Source: an uncultured delta proteobacterium
Lineage (GTDB): Bacteria; Desulfobacterota; BSN033; UBA1163
NCBI GenBank assembly: GCA_963708295.1
Contig: CAVPSJ010000017.1
Span: 32,001-96,000 of the forward strand
Reading direction: 5' to 3'
Length of the DNA: 64,000 bases
A program made the translations under genes and the position numbers. The first letter of the stretch is position 1, and every line of letters begins with the position of its first letter. Below the pieces are notes generated by a model. The model was not told where the DNA came from. It saw only the letters and a program-made list of their open reading frames with translations, and ran no database searches. This document shows, one piece after another, positions 27,762 to 37,944 of this stretch.

Positions 27762-28967
27762 ATGGCCAAATTGATTATCGATAAAGAGACTTGCACCGGA
27801 TGTGAATCCTGTATTTCCGCCTGCCCTTTCGGCGCACTGAGTATGAAGGAAGAGGTCGCCACGGTCGATGAGAAGTGCACCTTCTGCGGCGCCTGTGTGG
27901 ATGTCTGCCCGGTGGGTGCGATTACCTTGGAGAAAGAAGAGAAGGCCGTCACGATTGATATCGGCGCTTATAAAGACGTCTGGGTTTTTATCGAGCACGA
28001 ATTCGGCAAGGTCTCAAATGTTTCCTTCGAACTTCTCGGCGAAGGGAGGAAGCTGGCCGATGGCGTAGGAAGCAAGCTGTGCGGGATACTCTTTGGGGAC
28101 AAGGAGACCGTTGACAAATTTGCCAAAGAGGCCATTGCCTACGGGGCGGAGAAGGTCTACGTGATGGAAAGCCCGTTGCTCAAAGACTATCGCACCGATC
28201 CTTATGCCAAGGCTGCCATCGACCTCATTCGGAAATATAAACCGGAGATCGTCCTTTTCGGGGCGACCACCCAGGGTCGAGATTTTGCAGGAACGGTGGC
28301 CACCACCATCGAGGTCGGATTAACGGCCGACTGTACAGGGCTGGACATCGATCCCGAAACGAAATATCTCAAACAGACCCGGCCGGCTTTCGGCGGAAAC
28401 ATCATGGCCACGATTCTCGACTATCCCAACTACCGCCCTCAGATGTCAACCGTCCGGCCCAAGGTCTTCGCCATGCCCCCGAGGGATGATTCGAGAAAGG
28501 GAGAGGTGATTCGCGAAACGCTCCAGATGGCCGAAGATCAGATCCGGACAAAGGTTCTGGAATTCATGAAAGGGGCGGAAACGATCAATCTCGCGGATGC
28601 GGAGATCATCGTCTCAGGAGGCAGGGGGATGGGGGGGCCCGAGAATTTTAAAGTCATCCGCGAGTTGGCGGATGTTCTCGGGGCTGCCGTCGGGGCCTCT
28701 CGTGCAGCCGTCGATTCAGGCTGGGTTCCTTATGAACATCAGGTCGGGCAGACGGGGCGGACCGTTCGGCCCAAGATTTATATCGCCTGTGGAATCTCCG
28801 GTTCCATTCAACACCAGGCGGGCATGAAGACATCAGATATTATCGTCGCCATCAATAAGGATGCGGAAGCTCCCATTTTTAAGATCGCCACCTATGGAAT
28901 TGTTGCCGATCTTTTTACCGCCGTTCCCTTGGTGACGCAGGAGTTCAAAAAACGTTTGGGAAGATAG
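27762..28967 (+). CDS. etfA: ETF alpha subunit with an N-terminal 2[4Fe-4S] ferredoxin domain
   Basis: Two CxxCxxCxxxCP motifs; VSGGRG, QVGQTG, GISGSIQH. Confidence 0.95.
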   Translation: MAKLIIDKETCTGCESCISACPFGALSMKEEVATVDEKCTFCGACVDVCPVGAITLEKEEKAVTIDIGAYKDVWVFIEHEFGKVSNVSFELLGEGRKLADGVGSKLCGILFGDKETVDKFAKEAIAYGAEKVYVMESPLLKDYRTDPYAKAAIDLIRKYKPEIVLFGATTQGRDFAGTVATTIEVGLTADCTGLDIDPETKYLKQTRPAFGGNIMATILDYPNYRPQMSTVRPKVFAMPPRDDSRKGEVIRETLQMAEDQIRTKVLEFMKGAETINLADAEIIVSGGRGMGGPENFKVIRELADVLGAAVGASRAAVDSGWVPYEHQVGQTGRTVRPKIYIACGISGSIQHQAGMKTSDIIVAINKDAEAPIFKIATYGIVADLFTAVPLVTQEFKKRLGR

Positions 28968-28977
28968 TTTTTTGAAA

Positions 28978-29152
28978 GACAATCCAAATGCCAAAGTTCG
29001 CACGAAGTGATGAACCGAAGGTGAATCAAGGTCAAATCAATGCCTGAATTTCAAATGTCAAATTTACTGCTTTGGGCAGGCAGGAAATTTGATTTTTGGG
29101 ATGGGTCATTCCTTTTTTTCGTTTGAACTTTGAGCTTTGACATTTGGCATTT
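28978..29152. repeat. Heptamer-type inverted intergenic repeat
   Basis: CAAATGC/CAAATGT units paired with TTTGACA/TTTGGCA units. Confidence 0.6.
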
Positions 29153-29232
29153 TTCCCATCCCCTCCATTTTGTTCTTGATTTTTTCCATTCCTTTCATCA
29201 TAATGTCGAAAAGTTGCTAAAAGAGGTTTTCC

Positions 29233-30225
29233 ATGATCATCACGTGCGCCTCCTGCTTGACCAAGTTTAATTTAGACGATTCTCTAATCCAGGCGAAGGG
29301 CATCAAGGTTCGGTGTTCGCGATGCAAACATACATTCTATGTCGTTCCTCCACCGGAGACGAAACAGGAGATCATCGAGAACGCTGAATCCTTTGCCAAG
29401 TATCATGCAGATTTGATGGAACCGGGCGAGAGAAAAGAGGAGGCCCCCCCGGAGCCAATCGCCCAGGAAGAAATGGCGGTGCCAGAGACGGAAGAGGAAC
29501 CGGCATTCCTCTTTTCGAAGAAGGCTCCGATAGAGGAAGCGGAGCAATCGGCTCCCCCTCGCAAGGCGGAGGAACCGGCTCCTTTGGAAGAAGCAGGAGC
29601 ATTCCTCTTTGAAGAGCCAAGAAAGGCGGAGAGAGAGGAAACGAAGCCCGCCAAGCCGAAGACCATGATGCGGGCTGAAAAAAGAGGCCCTCTTCGATTC
29701 CTTCCGATGGGAATCATCCTGGTCCTCCTGATCTTGGGTGTCTTCTATGTATGGTCCGAGTTGAGTTCCGGCGGCAGACTCTCCTCCTATTTGGATTATT
29801 CAGTGAAGAAGATGAATGATCTTTGGACACAGCTTTGGGGGGTGGAAAAAGAAGATCTGAGCGTCGGAGATCTCAGCAGGTATGACGAGCAGGGTGAGGC
29901 CCTCACCCTGTTTATCATCGAGGGAAAAGTAAAAAATCAGTCCAAGTTCACCAAAAAGTACATCAAGGTAAGAATCATTATTTTTGATGAAGAGAAGGCC
30001 AAGCTGGCTGAGCAGGACGCGATCTGCGGCCGCATCATTCCTCGGGAAGAATTGAAGAATCTACCCCCGGAATTTTTCCAGGGGGACATGACGATTAAAC
30101 CTCAAACAGAGCAAGAGATGGTCACGCCTTCGGGCAAGACAACTCCTTTTATGGTCATTTTTAAGGATCTTTCCAGCCGGGCCAAAGATTTCAAATACGA
30201 GATCGTAGAAGCACCGAATCTTTAA
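29233..30225 (+). CDS. Zinc-ribbon / DUF3426 membrane protein
   Basis: MIITCASC...KVRCSRC zinc ribbon, acidic linker, TM helix, periplasmic domain. Confidence 0.85.
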   Translation: MIITCASCLTKFNLDDSLIQAKGIKVRCSRCKHTFYVVPPPETKQEIIENAESFAKYHADLMEPGERKEEAPPEPIAQEEMAVPETEEEPAFLFSKKAPIEEAEQSAPPRKAEEPAPLEEAGAFLFEEPRKAEREETKPAKPKTMMRAEKRGPLRFLPMGIILVLLILGVFYVWSELSSGGRLSSYLDYSVKKMNDLWTQLWGVEKEDLSVGDLSRYDEQGEALTLFIIEGKVKNQSKFTKKYIKVRIIIFDEEKAKLAEQDAICGRIIPREELKNLPPEFFQGDMTIKPQTEQEMVTPSGKTTPFMVIFKDLSSRAKDFKYEIVEAPNL

Positions 30226-30308
30226 GAAGTAAACTGTTTTTTTACTTGACCCAAAACCCATGGTGGGATGATCGTTCAACATGAATGCTTTCGTGGAATT
30301 AATCCGTA

Positions 30309-30464
30309 TTACTTCAATATCTCCTCATCCTAGATTTTCTCAAATTTTAGCGTGTGTTTAGCCTCCTCTTAGGCCAGGAAGGCAAAGAGCTGCCTTAAGT
30401 CTTCATCCCTGCACGACGCTTTCAGGTCGTTATAAAGTTTCGCGGAATGTTCTTCGTTCTTCAT
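30309..30464 (-). pseudogene. Rubrerythrin/ferritin-like C-terminal fragment
   Basis: MKNEEHSAKLYNDL...LFAFLA*EEAKH..KFEKI*DEEILK with two internal stops. Confidence 0.65.
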
Positions 30465-30484
30465 TCTCCTTTTCGTTAGGGATC

Positions 30485-30811
30485 CTATTTCAACTCTGTC
30501 GGGTGAGGGGTCTTGATCACCCAAAAGGCAAGCCTCCCCTTCGACTCGTTTTGGATACTCATGGGCGACTGAAACGGAACCCGCAGGAGTTTCCCCGGAC
30601 CCATGCGGGTTGCCTCATCTCCCACATGAAAGGTTCCCTCTCCGCGGACCACCGTGAGCGTCACATTGGAGTTCGCGTTGTGTTGCGGCACTTGCTGACC
30701 GGGTTCCAGACAGACCTGATTGATCTGGAGGTACTTTTCATCCACCAGGTTGGCAAATCCTCGATCCTCTTTTTTGAAGACTTCCTTCTCCTTGAGATCG
30801 ATGACGTTCAT
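30485..30811 (-). CDS. Cupin domain protein
   Basis: LEPGQQVPQH...TVVRGEGTF; GGAGG RBS. Confidence 0.85.
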   Translation of the reverse strand: MNVIDLKEKEVFKKEDRGFANLVDEKYLQINQVCLEPGQQVPQHNANSNVTLTVVRGEGTFHVGDEATRMGPGKLLRVPFQSPMSIQNESKGRLAFWVIKTPHPTELK

Positions 30812-30886
30812 AAGAACCTCCTTTCTATTACTCAAGTCTCTTGAAAAAGTTTATTACAAATATAATCCCATCCGGCATCGGAGTCT

Positions 30887-30900
30887 TTGACTTGAGTCAA
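30887..30900. promoter_or_regulatory. Crp/Fnr-family (Dnr/HcpR-like) binding box upstream of the cupin gene
   Basis: Palindrome TTGAC-N4-GTCAA about 41 bp upstream of a plausible TSS behind the TATATT -10 (30859-30864, minus strand). Confidence 0.6.
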
Positions 30901-31098
30901 TCTCCGGTTCCGTCGGAGTAAAGGCCTGGACATGCCCAGGACCCGATCTCTGACGGAGGGTCTCAGGGTTAATTCAGCGCGCCACAGATGGGGTCTCCTC
31001 GGCTCAGCGAAGGATGCGACGCTTCCCCTGCTGCCCGAAGGTAAGGCAGCGCGGGCGGACCGCCAAAAAGGCTCCGAGGAGGTCTCTCGGTTAAGAAC

Positions 31099-32256
31099 TT
31101 AATAAATTTCTGTGAGAAGAGGATAGTTGAAAACAAATGGGACAACAAGATTGGTATTCCGAACCCCGAACCAAATACTCCGAACTATGATCCAGCCTTG
31201 GACTTTGACTCCCTGAATATAAATTTCGACAAGGGTAAGGAAAAAGGTTGCAACCAAGGGGCCTGCGATCACGCCGATTAGTCCGAAAGCCTGAATCCCT
31301 CCCAGGACAGCAAAGAAGAGGAGCAATGGATGGATGTTGGTTCTCGCGCTGATGAAGAATGGTTTGAGAAGATTGTCCACCATGCTAATCACAAATACGC
31401 CAATGCCGAGCAACAGGATTCCTTTTAAAACGGCCCCTCCGATCAATAAGATAACGGCTGCAGGGGCCCAGATCAAAGCGGTTCCACCGATGGGGATGAA
31501 TGAAAGCAGAGCCATTGCTGTTCCCCAGAAGATAGGCGAAGGAAGGCCGAGGGCCCAGAAGGATAACCCTCCTAAGACCCCCTGGATCACGGCGATCAGG
31601 ATCCCCCCATAGATGGTGGCATAGATCATGTCCCTGAACCGTTGAATAAGAAGGTCTTTCTCTTTGGACGGGAGGGGAGCGGTCTCCTTCAATCCCTCGA
31701 AAAGGGTGCTTCCATCTTTGAAAAGATAGTAAAGGGAGAGAAGGGTGAAGAAAAATCCGGCAACAAATGTGGAGAATCCTTTGATGAGGATGGTAGTTTG
31801 GTTGAAGATGAACGTGCTGATCTGATTCAGGTTCTTTAATAAGAAAGGGACGGGATCCATGATCGAGAGGTCGACGTGCTGCCCCAATTTCGCCAGGATC
31901 CATTTGAGAATAGGGATCTCCTTGACTCTCTCGAAATAGGCCTGAAGCTCACCGGTCTTGATCATATTTTCTATCTGATGGTAGAGGCTGACCACATCGC
32001 TGGCCAAAGAGGCCATGAGAAGGGTGAAAGGCAGTACGATGACCACGAGCACCAACAGGGTCATGATGAGAGCGGAGAGGATCTCCCTTTTTCTCAAGAG
32101 GCTTCGAAGTTTCTTATGGACAGGATATAAGACCATGGCCAGGAGAATGGCCCATACGATGGAAGAGAGAAAGGGGGAGAGGATTTGATAGAGGAGATAG
32201 ATGGAGAGGAAAGTGAGGAAGAGGATGAAGATAAGAAAGATATGTTCCCTTTTCAT
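31099..32256 (-). CDS. AI-2E family transporter
   Basis: Multiple TM helices; SFIPIGG, DNLLKP, GGIQAFGLIGVIAGP. Confidence 0.9.
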   Translation of the reverse strand: MKREHIFLIFILFLTFLSIYLLYQILSPFLSSIVWAILLAMVLYPVHKKLRSLLRKREILSALIMTLLVLVVIVLPFTLLMASLASDVVSLYHQIENMIKTGELQAYFERVKEIPILKWILAKLGQHVDLSIMDPVPFLLKNLNQISTFIFNQTTILIKGFSTFVAGFFFTLLSLYYLFKDGSTLFEGLKETAPLPSKEKDLLIQRFRDMIYATIYGGILIAVIQGVLGGLSFWALGLPSPIFWGTAMALLSFIPIGGTALIWAPAAVILLIGGAVLKGILLLGIGVFVISMVDNLLKPFFISARTNIHPLLLFFAVLGGIQAFGLIGVIAGPLVATFFLTLVEIYIQGVKVQGWIIVRSIWFGVRNTNLVVPFVFNYPLLTEIY

Positions 32257-32279
32257 TTCTTACCTCGACGGTAAAACAT

Positions 32280-32717
32280 TTATCCTTTTGAACGAACGAG
32301 AAGGATGGGCGTCTCAGCCCGGATGATGACTTTGTGGGCTGTACTCCCAAGTACCCACCGAGTAATTCCGGATCGGCCATGGGTGCACATGACGATCAGG
32401 TCCGCTCCAACCTCTTTGGCAAAGTCGATGATCTCCGCGGCCACCTGCTGCCCTGTCTTCACCATCAACGTCACCCTGAAACCCCTCTTTTTCAATTCCT
32501 CAGCGACGGTCGCAAGATACTTCTCGACCGCTTCCTTTTGCTTTTCATCAACGATCAGAGGCGTCACCAGTTCCGGCGATCCATAGATAGGCATAAAAGG
32601 AACCACCTGAAATAGAACAATTTCAGCTTCGAAGAACTTGGCCAGCTTTTCGGCTTCTTCTAAGCCCCTTTTTGCCAAATCCGACCCGTCCAAAGGAACT
32701 AAAATTTTTTTATACAT
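32280..32717 (-). CDS. Universal stress protein
   Basis: YKKILVPLDGS...DLIVMCTHGRSG...LGSTA. Confidence 0.95.
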   Translation of the reverse strand: MYKKILVPLDGSDLAKRGLEEAEKLAKFFEAEIVLFQVVPFMPIYGSPELVTPLIVDEKQKEAVEKYLATVAEELKKRGFRVTLMVKTGQQVAAEIIDFAKEVGADLIVMCTHGRSGITRWVLGSTAHKVIIRAETPILLVRSKG

Positions 32718-33195
32718 ACCCCACCTCCGTCACGGCTTTTGAATGATTTATATCAATTTTACTCGGTCAAAGCAACAGAAAAGAAGATTCGAGGCGCAGG
32801 AAAGGATTGCGAAATATGGATCAGATTTCTTGATAATGGCCAGTCGAACTATCGAAATTACCGATTTGACATCTCTGGGTTTTCCAGGTATCTGTTTTCA
32901 GTAACCTTTCTTAACTAACGATGGGAGATTTCAACGTGAAAAAAGCCCCAATGCCCTTTTCTCTTAGATGAAGGGCCGCATTCGGCCTGAAGAGACCTAG
33001 GTTAGGTCTCCGGTTTAACAGAAGGAGAGAGAGAAAAGGGGCGTCCCTCACTTTTTTCTAACCCTTTGCTTCCTCAATTCCTTGCCCATCTCTTCCTCCT
33101 GACTTTTGCCTAATACGAGTTGCCTATGATTTAATGCAATGTCCTTAACATGTATAAACTGAACTAATTTAAATAAACGAGGAGAGAGGTGCCGT

Positions 33196-33696
33196 ATGGA
33201 AATCAAAAAAAGTGCTTTGTTTGTTTGTCTGTCTATCGGCTTGGCCTTTTTGGCAGTAACAGGGACGGCATGGGCCGCCGACAAGGAGTTGGAGAACGAA
33301 AAGATTGCGGTAAAATTCGGAAGAGAGGTCGATCGAGGCGGATACAAGGTGGTCACCACGCAAGAATTGAAAAGTTGGATTGATCAGAAGAAAGACATGC
33401 TGATCGTCGATACCATGCCGCCAGACAGCTTTAAGAAGCAGCACATCCCCGGTGCTGTCAACTTTGAACTTCAGAGGCCGGAGTTGACGCAGATGAGCGA
33501 GAAAATGCGGGATGACTTCGAAAAATTACTTGGACCGAACAAAGAGCGGACGATCGTCTTCTATTGTGGATTTACCGACTGCGAACGGAGCCACAACGGA
33601 GCCATGTGGGCGACGAAGTTCGGTTACAAGAATGCTTACCGGCAGCCGGGCGGCATCAAGGGGTGGCTTGAAGCAGGCTACCCGGTAGAAAAGTAG
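33196..33696 (+). CDS. Periplasmic rhodanese-like protein
   Basis: Signal peptide; HIPGAVN, YCGFTDCERS, GGIKGW. Confidence 0.9.
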   Translation: MEIKKSALFVCLSIGLAFLAVTGTAWAADKELENEKIAVKFGREVDRGGYKVVTTQELKSWIDQKKDMLIVDTMPPDSFKKQHIPGAVNFELQRPELTQMSEKMRDDFEKLLGPNKERTIVFYCGFTDCERSHNGAMWATKFGYKNAYRQPGGIKGWLEAGYPVEK

Positions 33697-33865
33697 TTCG
33701 ATTTTTCCGTATAAATATTTTCTCGGTATTTGAACCACATCTTGGAGGCGAGACATCGTTTCCGGTTGTTTCGATCAATTCCTTTTTTCGACATGAGACG
33801 GGAGGCAAACGAGGGCCTGGGAATTCAACAAGCGGACGAGATGGAATCAACAGAGGAGAGAGAAT

Positions 33866-34456
33866 ATGAAAGAGATCGATTGTAGAGGAATGGCATGTCC
33901 TCAGCCTGTGGTTTCGACCAAACAGGCGTTGGATCAACTGAAAGAGGGAGAGATGATTGTCATCGTGGACAATGCCTCCTCCCGCGACAATGTGGAACGA
34001 TTTGTTCGAAGTCAGGGATGTACAGCGGAAATTAAGGAGAGTGGCCAGGATTTTTATATTCATGTTCGAAAGACCGACGGAAAGACGGAAGAAAAGACGA
34101 ATCTGTCTGAAGGGAAAGGGAAAAAAATCGTCGTTTACATCAACTCTCATCTTCTTGGAAGTGGAGATGAGGCGTTGGGGACTTTCTTAATGAAGGCATT
34201 TTTGAAGACCCTTCTCGATATGGGGACGAAGCCCCAGCGTTTGATCTTAGTCAATAGCGGCGTCCAATTGGCGGCAGGGGATTCCAAGGTGTTAGAGTCA
34301 CTCCAGGGATTCGCGGGGAAAGGGGTGGAGATTGTCTGCTGCGGAACCTGCGTCGATTTTTACGAGCTGAAGGGGAAGACGAAGGTCGGGGTCATTTCAA
34401 ATATGTACGACATTATTCAGTCTATGATCGATGCCGATAGTGTGATTAGGCCATAA
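33866..34456 (+). CDS. yedF: Selenium metabolism protein YedF (TusA + DsrE domains)
   Basis: DCRGMACPQPV, CGTCVDFY; adjacent to selD. Confidence 0.9.
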   Translation: MKEIDCRGMACPQPVVSTKQALDQLKEGEMIVIVDNASSRDNVERFVRSQGCTAEIKESGQDFYIHVRKTDGKTEEKTNLSEGKGKKIVVYINSHLLGSGDEALGTFLMKAFLKTLLDMGTKPQRLILVNSGVQLAAGDSKVLESLQGFAGKGVEIVCCGTCVDFYELKGKTKVGVISNMYDIIQSMIDADSVIRP

Positions 34457-34595
34457 TGACTTAGAAAAGGGTTGCAGAACCCTTGATTCTTTCCCGGTAA
34501 AGAGGATTTTGGACGGGAATGAAAAGAACATTTATTTTATCGGTTGGATGTGATAGCCTAGACTTATAATTTGTTTTATCTGAGCGGAGAAAAGA

Positions 34596-35636
34596 ATGGA
34601 TGAAGTTCGACTGACTTCGAAGGTGAAGAAAGCGGGTTGAGCCGCTAAACTGGGTCCAGAGGATCTGGATCAGGTCCTGAAAGGATTGCCGATCCCGAAG
34701 AATCCGAGGGTTCTGGTGGGGCTGGATACGTCGGACGATGCCGGGGTCTATCAATTGAATGAGGAGGTCGCCCTGGTTCAGACGGTCGACTTCTTCACTC
34801 CGATTGTGGACGATCCCTTCACCTTCGGCCAGATCGCTGTGGCCAACGCCCTGAGTGACGTCTATGCCATGGGAGGAACTCCCCTCACGGGTATGAACCT
34901 GGTGGCCTTTCCCATCAAGACCCTCTCTCCTTCGATTTTGAAAAACATCCTGCTTGGAGGCCTTTCAAAGATGGAGGAGGCAGGCGTGGCTTTAGTGGGG
35001 GGCCATTCGATCGACGACCCGGAGATCAAATACGGCCTGGCGGTCACAGGCGTGGTCCATCCGAATAAAATCCTGACCAATGCCAAAGCAAAAACTGGGG
35101 ACAGATTGGTTTTGACAAAACCTCTCGGCACGGGGATCATCTCCACAGCCCTCAAAGCCGGGATGGCTTCGGAGGAGGCGATCCGGAAGAGCGTGGAGAG
35201 CATGGGGGCTCTTAATCGGGCAGCGTCCGAATGGATGAAGAAATTCGGAGCCCATGCCTGTACGGATATCACAGGGTTCAGTTTCATCGGCCATGCGTTA
35301 GAGATGGCTATCGCAAGCCAGGTGGGGATGGTGGTACAATCAAAGGCTGTTCCCGTCTTTCTGGAAGCCGTGGAATATGCGAAATTGGGGTTGATCCCCG
35401 GAGGGGCATCTTCGAATCGAGATTTTTTCTCCTGCCGGGTTGACGTTGATTCCGGCGTCCCCGCCCTTTTAGTCGATCTCTTTTATGATCCTCAGACATC
35501 GGGCGGTCTCCTGATTTCGTTGCCTCCCGGCGAGGCGGAGGAATACGTAGCCACGCTCAAAATAGAAAAGAATGTGGATGCCTCAATCGTGGGCGAAGTC
35601 GTGAAAGAACCTCCCGGGAAAATTCGGATTCTCTAA
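34596..35636 (+). CDS. selD: Selenide, water dikinase; selenoprotein (UGA at 34638-34640)
   Basis: MDEVRLTSKVKKAG-U-AAKLGP is in frame with the 34686 ORF; DDAGVY, VDFFTPIVDDP, DPQTSGGLL; hairpin immediately after the UGA. Confidence 0.95.
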
Positions 35637-35769
35637 TTTTCTTTCCTCAGACCACTCTTGTGGTTGGAAGAGGATTGCAGTAACATGGAGATTGAGATTC
35701 GGGCTCGGCCCATTCGGACGAGTGAAGAGATCCGTGAGGCCAGAAGAACAAGGGGAAGGGAGAAAGTCG

Positions 35770-36009
35770 ATGCAGATTGAAGTAAAATTGTTTGCCACGC
35801 TGCGCGATTATCTCCCGAAAGGAAGCAGCCGTTTTTCCTGTAAGATGGAGGTGGATGACTCTACTCGGGTTCAGGATATTTTATCTCGGCTCAAAATACC
35901 CGAAGAGATGCCCAAGATTATATTGATCAACGGCGTTCATGGGAAGAGGGAGCAGGGGTTAAAGGATGGGGACGTCCTGAGCATCTTTCCTCCTGTCGCA
36001 GGAGGCTAA
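35770..36009 (+). CDS. MoaD/ThiS family sulfur carrier
   Basis: VKLFATLR...IFPPVAGG with C-terminal Gly-Gly. Confidence 0.9.
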   Translation: MQIEVKLFATLRDYLPKGSSRFSCKMEVDDSTRVQDILSRLKIPEEMPKIILINGVHGKREQGLKDGDVLSIFPPVAGG

Positions 36010-36015
36010 CGGATG

Positions 36016-36131
36016 GTTCAATGACAAATGCCAAGGTTCAAATGACAAATGAAATCCAAAGCTCAAATATTAGATATTTTTGATTTTCAATTTGACATTC
36101 CTTTGATATTTGGATTTTGAAATTTGGATTT
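36016..36131. repeat. Heptamer-type inverted intergenic repeat
   Basis: CAAATGA/CAAATGC units versus TTTGACA/TTTGGAT units, between convergent genes. Confidence 0.6.
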
Positions 36132-36160
36132 AACAAACGGGCGGGATGCAACTTATATAG

Positions 36161-37913
36161 TTACTTCCGTTTTCCTTTGAGCTCCCGAATCTTCTTTTGC
36201 AGCCTTTCCTTCTGATCTGATTTGGGATCCAATTTCAAAGCCTTTTCGTAAAACTCGATGGCTTTATCGACCCGGCTCAGTTTAACGTAACCGTCAGCCA
36301 GATGTTCTGAGATCGTGGAATCGTCTGGAGTCAACTGGTTCGCTTTCTCAAGCTCGGTCACGGCTTTCTTGTAGTCCCCAAGCTTGTAATAGACCCAACC
36401 CAAGCTATCGGTGATGTAGCCCATATTGGGTTTCAATTCCATCGCCTTCTGGATCAGTTTCAAGGCCTCCTCCAGTTGGAGGCCCCGCTCGGAATACGAA
36501 TAGCCGAGATAGTTGAGGGCATCGGCATGATTCGGGTTAAGCCGAAGGACTTCTTTCATCTCGGCGACCATCTTATCATACTCCCCCATCTTATCGTAGA
36601 GCGTACCGATTTGAAAATGGATTCCCTCGCTCTTTTGAATCTTCTCAAGCCCTTTCTTCAGGGCGGCCAAGGCCTTTCCCAGCTGGTTTTCTTTTTCAAA
36701 GACCTCGGCGAGCAATAAGTAAAGGTCTTCCTCGCCCGGTTTGGCCTGGACCGATTCTTCCAGGATTCGGATACCCTCTCCGGTCTTGTTCTGTTTCTTC
36801 AGGATGAGGAAGATATTTCTCCTCGAATCCGCGAAGAGATCCGACTCGGGAGGGATCTTCTTGAACTCTGAGAGGGCCTGATCCAGGGTTTCTCTCTCCA
36901 CATAGGCCGCTCCCAAATAATATCGTGCCCGATCGTCCTTGGGATTCGCGGCGAGGACAAAATTGAATTCCAAAATCGCCTGGTCGAATTTGCCCTGTTC
37001 TAAATAGATCAAACCCATCTTCGTACGGATATTGAGATCGTCTGAATCGCTCTTTTGCATCTGTCGAAACTGGTCCAATGCCTCGTCAAACTTCTTCTCC
37101 TTGAGAAAAATCCGGCCGAGTCGGTCTCTGGCCCTTTTATTGTCCGGGTCGAGATTCAGGATCTTCTGGTAAACCTCTGCTGCCTTTTCAGGTTCATTCT
37201 GGATCTCATAGGTCAACCCCAAATCCAACAGGACGGAGGTCATATTGGGTTCGATCGCCAGTGCCTTCAAGAAATATTGTTTCGCCAGTTCATAAGATTT
37301 TGTCCGGATATAAATTCTGCCCAGGGCATAAAGGCCCATCACAGAGTCGGGTTCAACGGCGAGGAATTCTTTAAGGGTCTGGATGGCCTGATCATGCTGC
37401 TGGATCTCTTCGTAGAGGGAACTGAGAAAGAGGTGACTTTCCCGATGTTGAGGGTTGATCTGCAGTACTTTCTTGTAGGAGGCAATGGCTAAGGGATACT
37501 TCTTGAGGATGGAATACAGCCCGCCCAGGAGTAAATGGGCAGGGACATGGTCCGGATCGTCCAGAAGGGCGGTATTGCACTCTTCGATCGCCTCGTTCAA
37601 AAGGCCTTTCTGAACGTAAAGGGTGGCCAATTCAACGTGCAAAGAAGGCTCTTTGGCATCCCGGGCGATCGCTTCTTTGAGAGCCTCAATCGCTTCATCA
37701 ACTTTTCCGTTCCGCAATTTCAGCTGGGAGAGGAGAAAGTAGTAATAAGCACGGGGATTTGAAGACGAAGGTCTCTTTTGAGCTACTTCGGGTTTTTTTG
37801 GAGCGGGCCAGTGCGGGTGAAGCTTGCTTTTGAAACTCGAGCCTTCCAGCACAAGCCCCCAAAAAGAATAGAAATAATGAAACAACGAAGACTTTGACGA
37901 AGGGTCGTTCCAT
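36161..37913 (-). CDS. TPR-repeat lipoprotein (frameshift near the 5' end)
   Basis: Lipobox FLGAC in the 37698-37940 frame joins the 574-aa TPR ORF; ALNYLGYS...DSLGWVYYK. Confidence 0.85.
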
Positions 37914-37944
37914 CCTTAAAAAATAACAGACTTTGGTCATAAAG

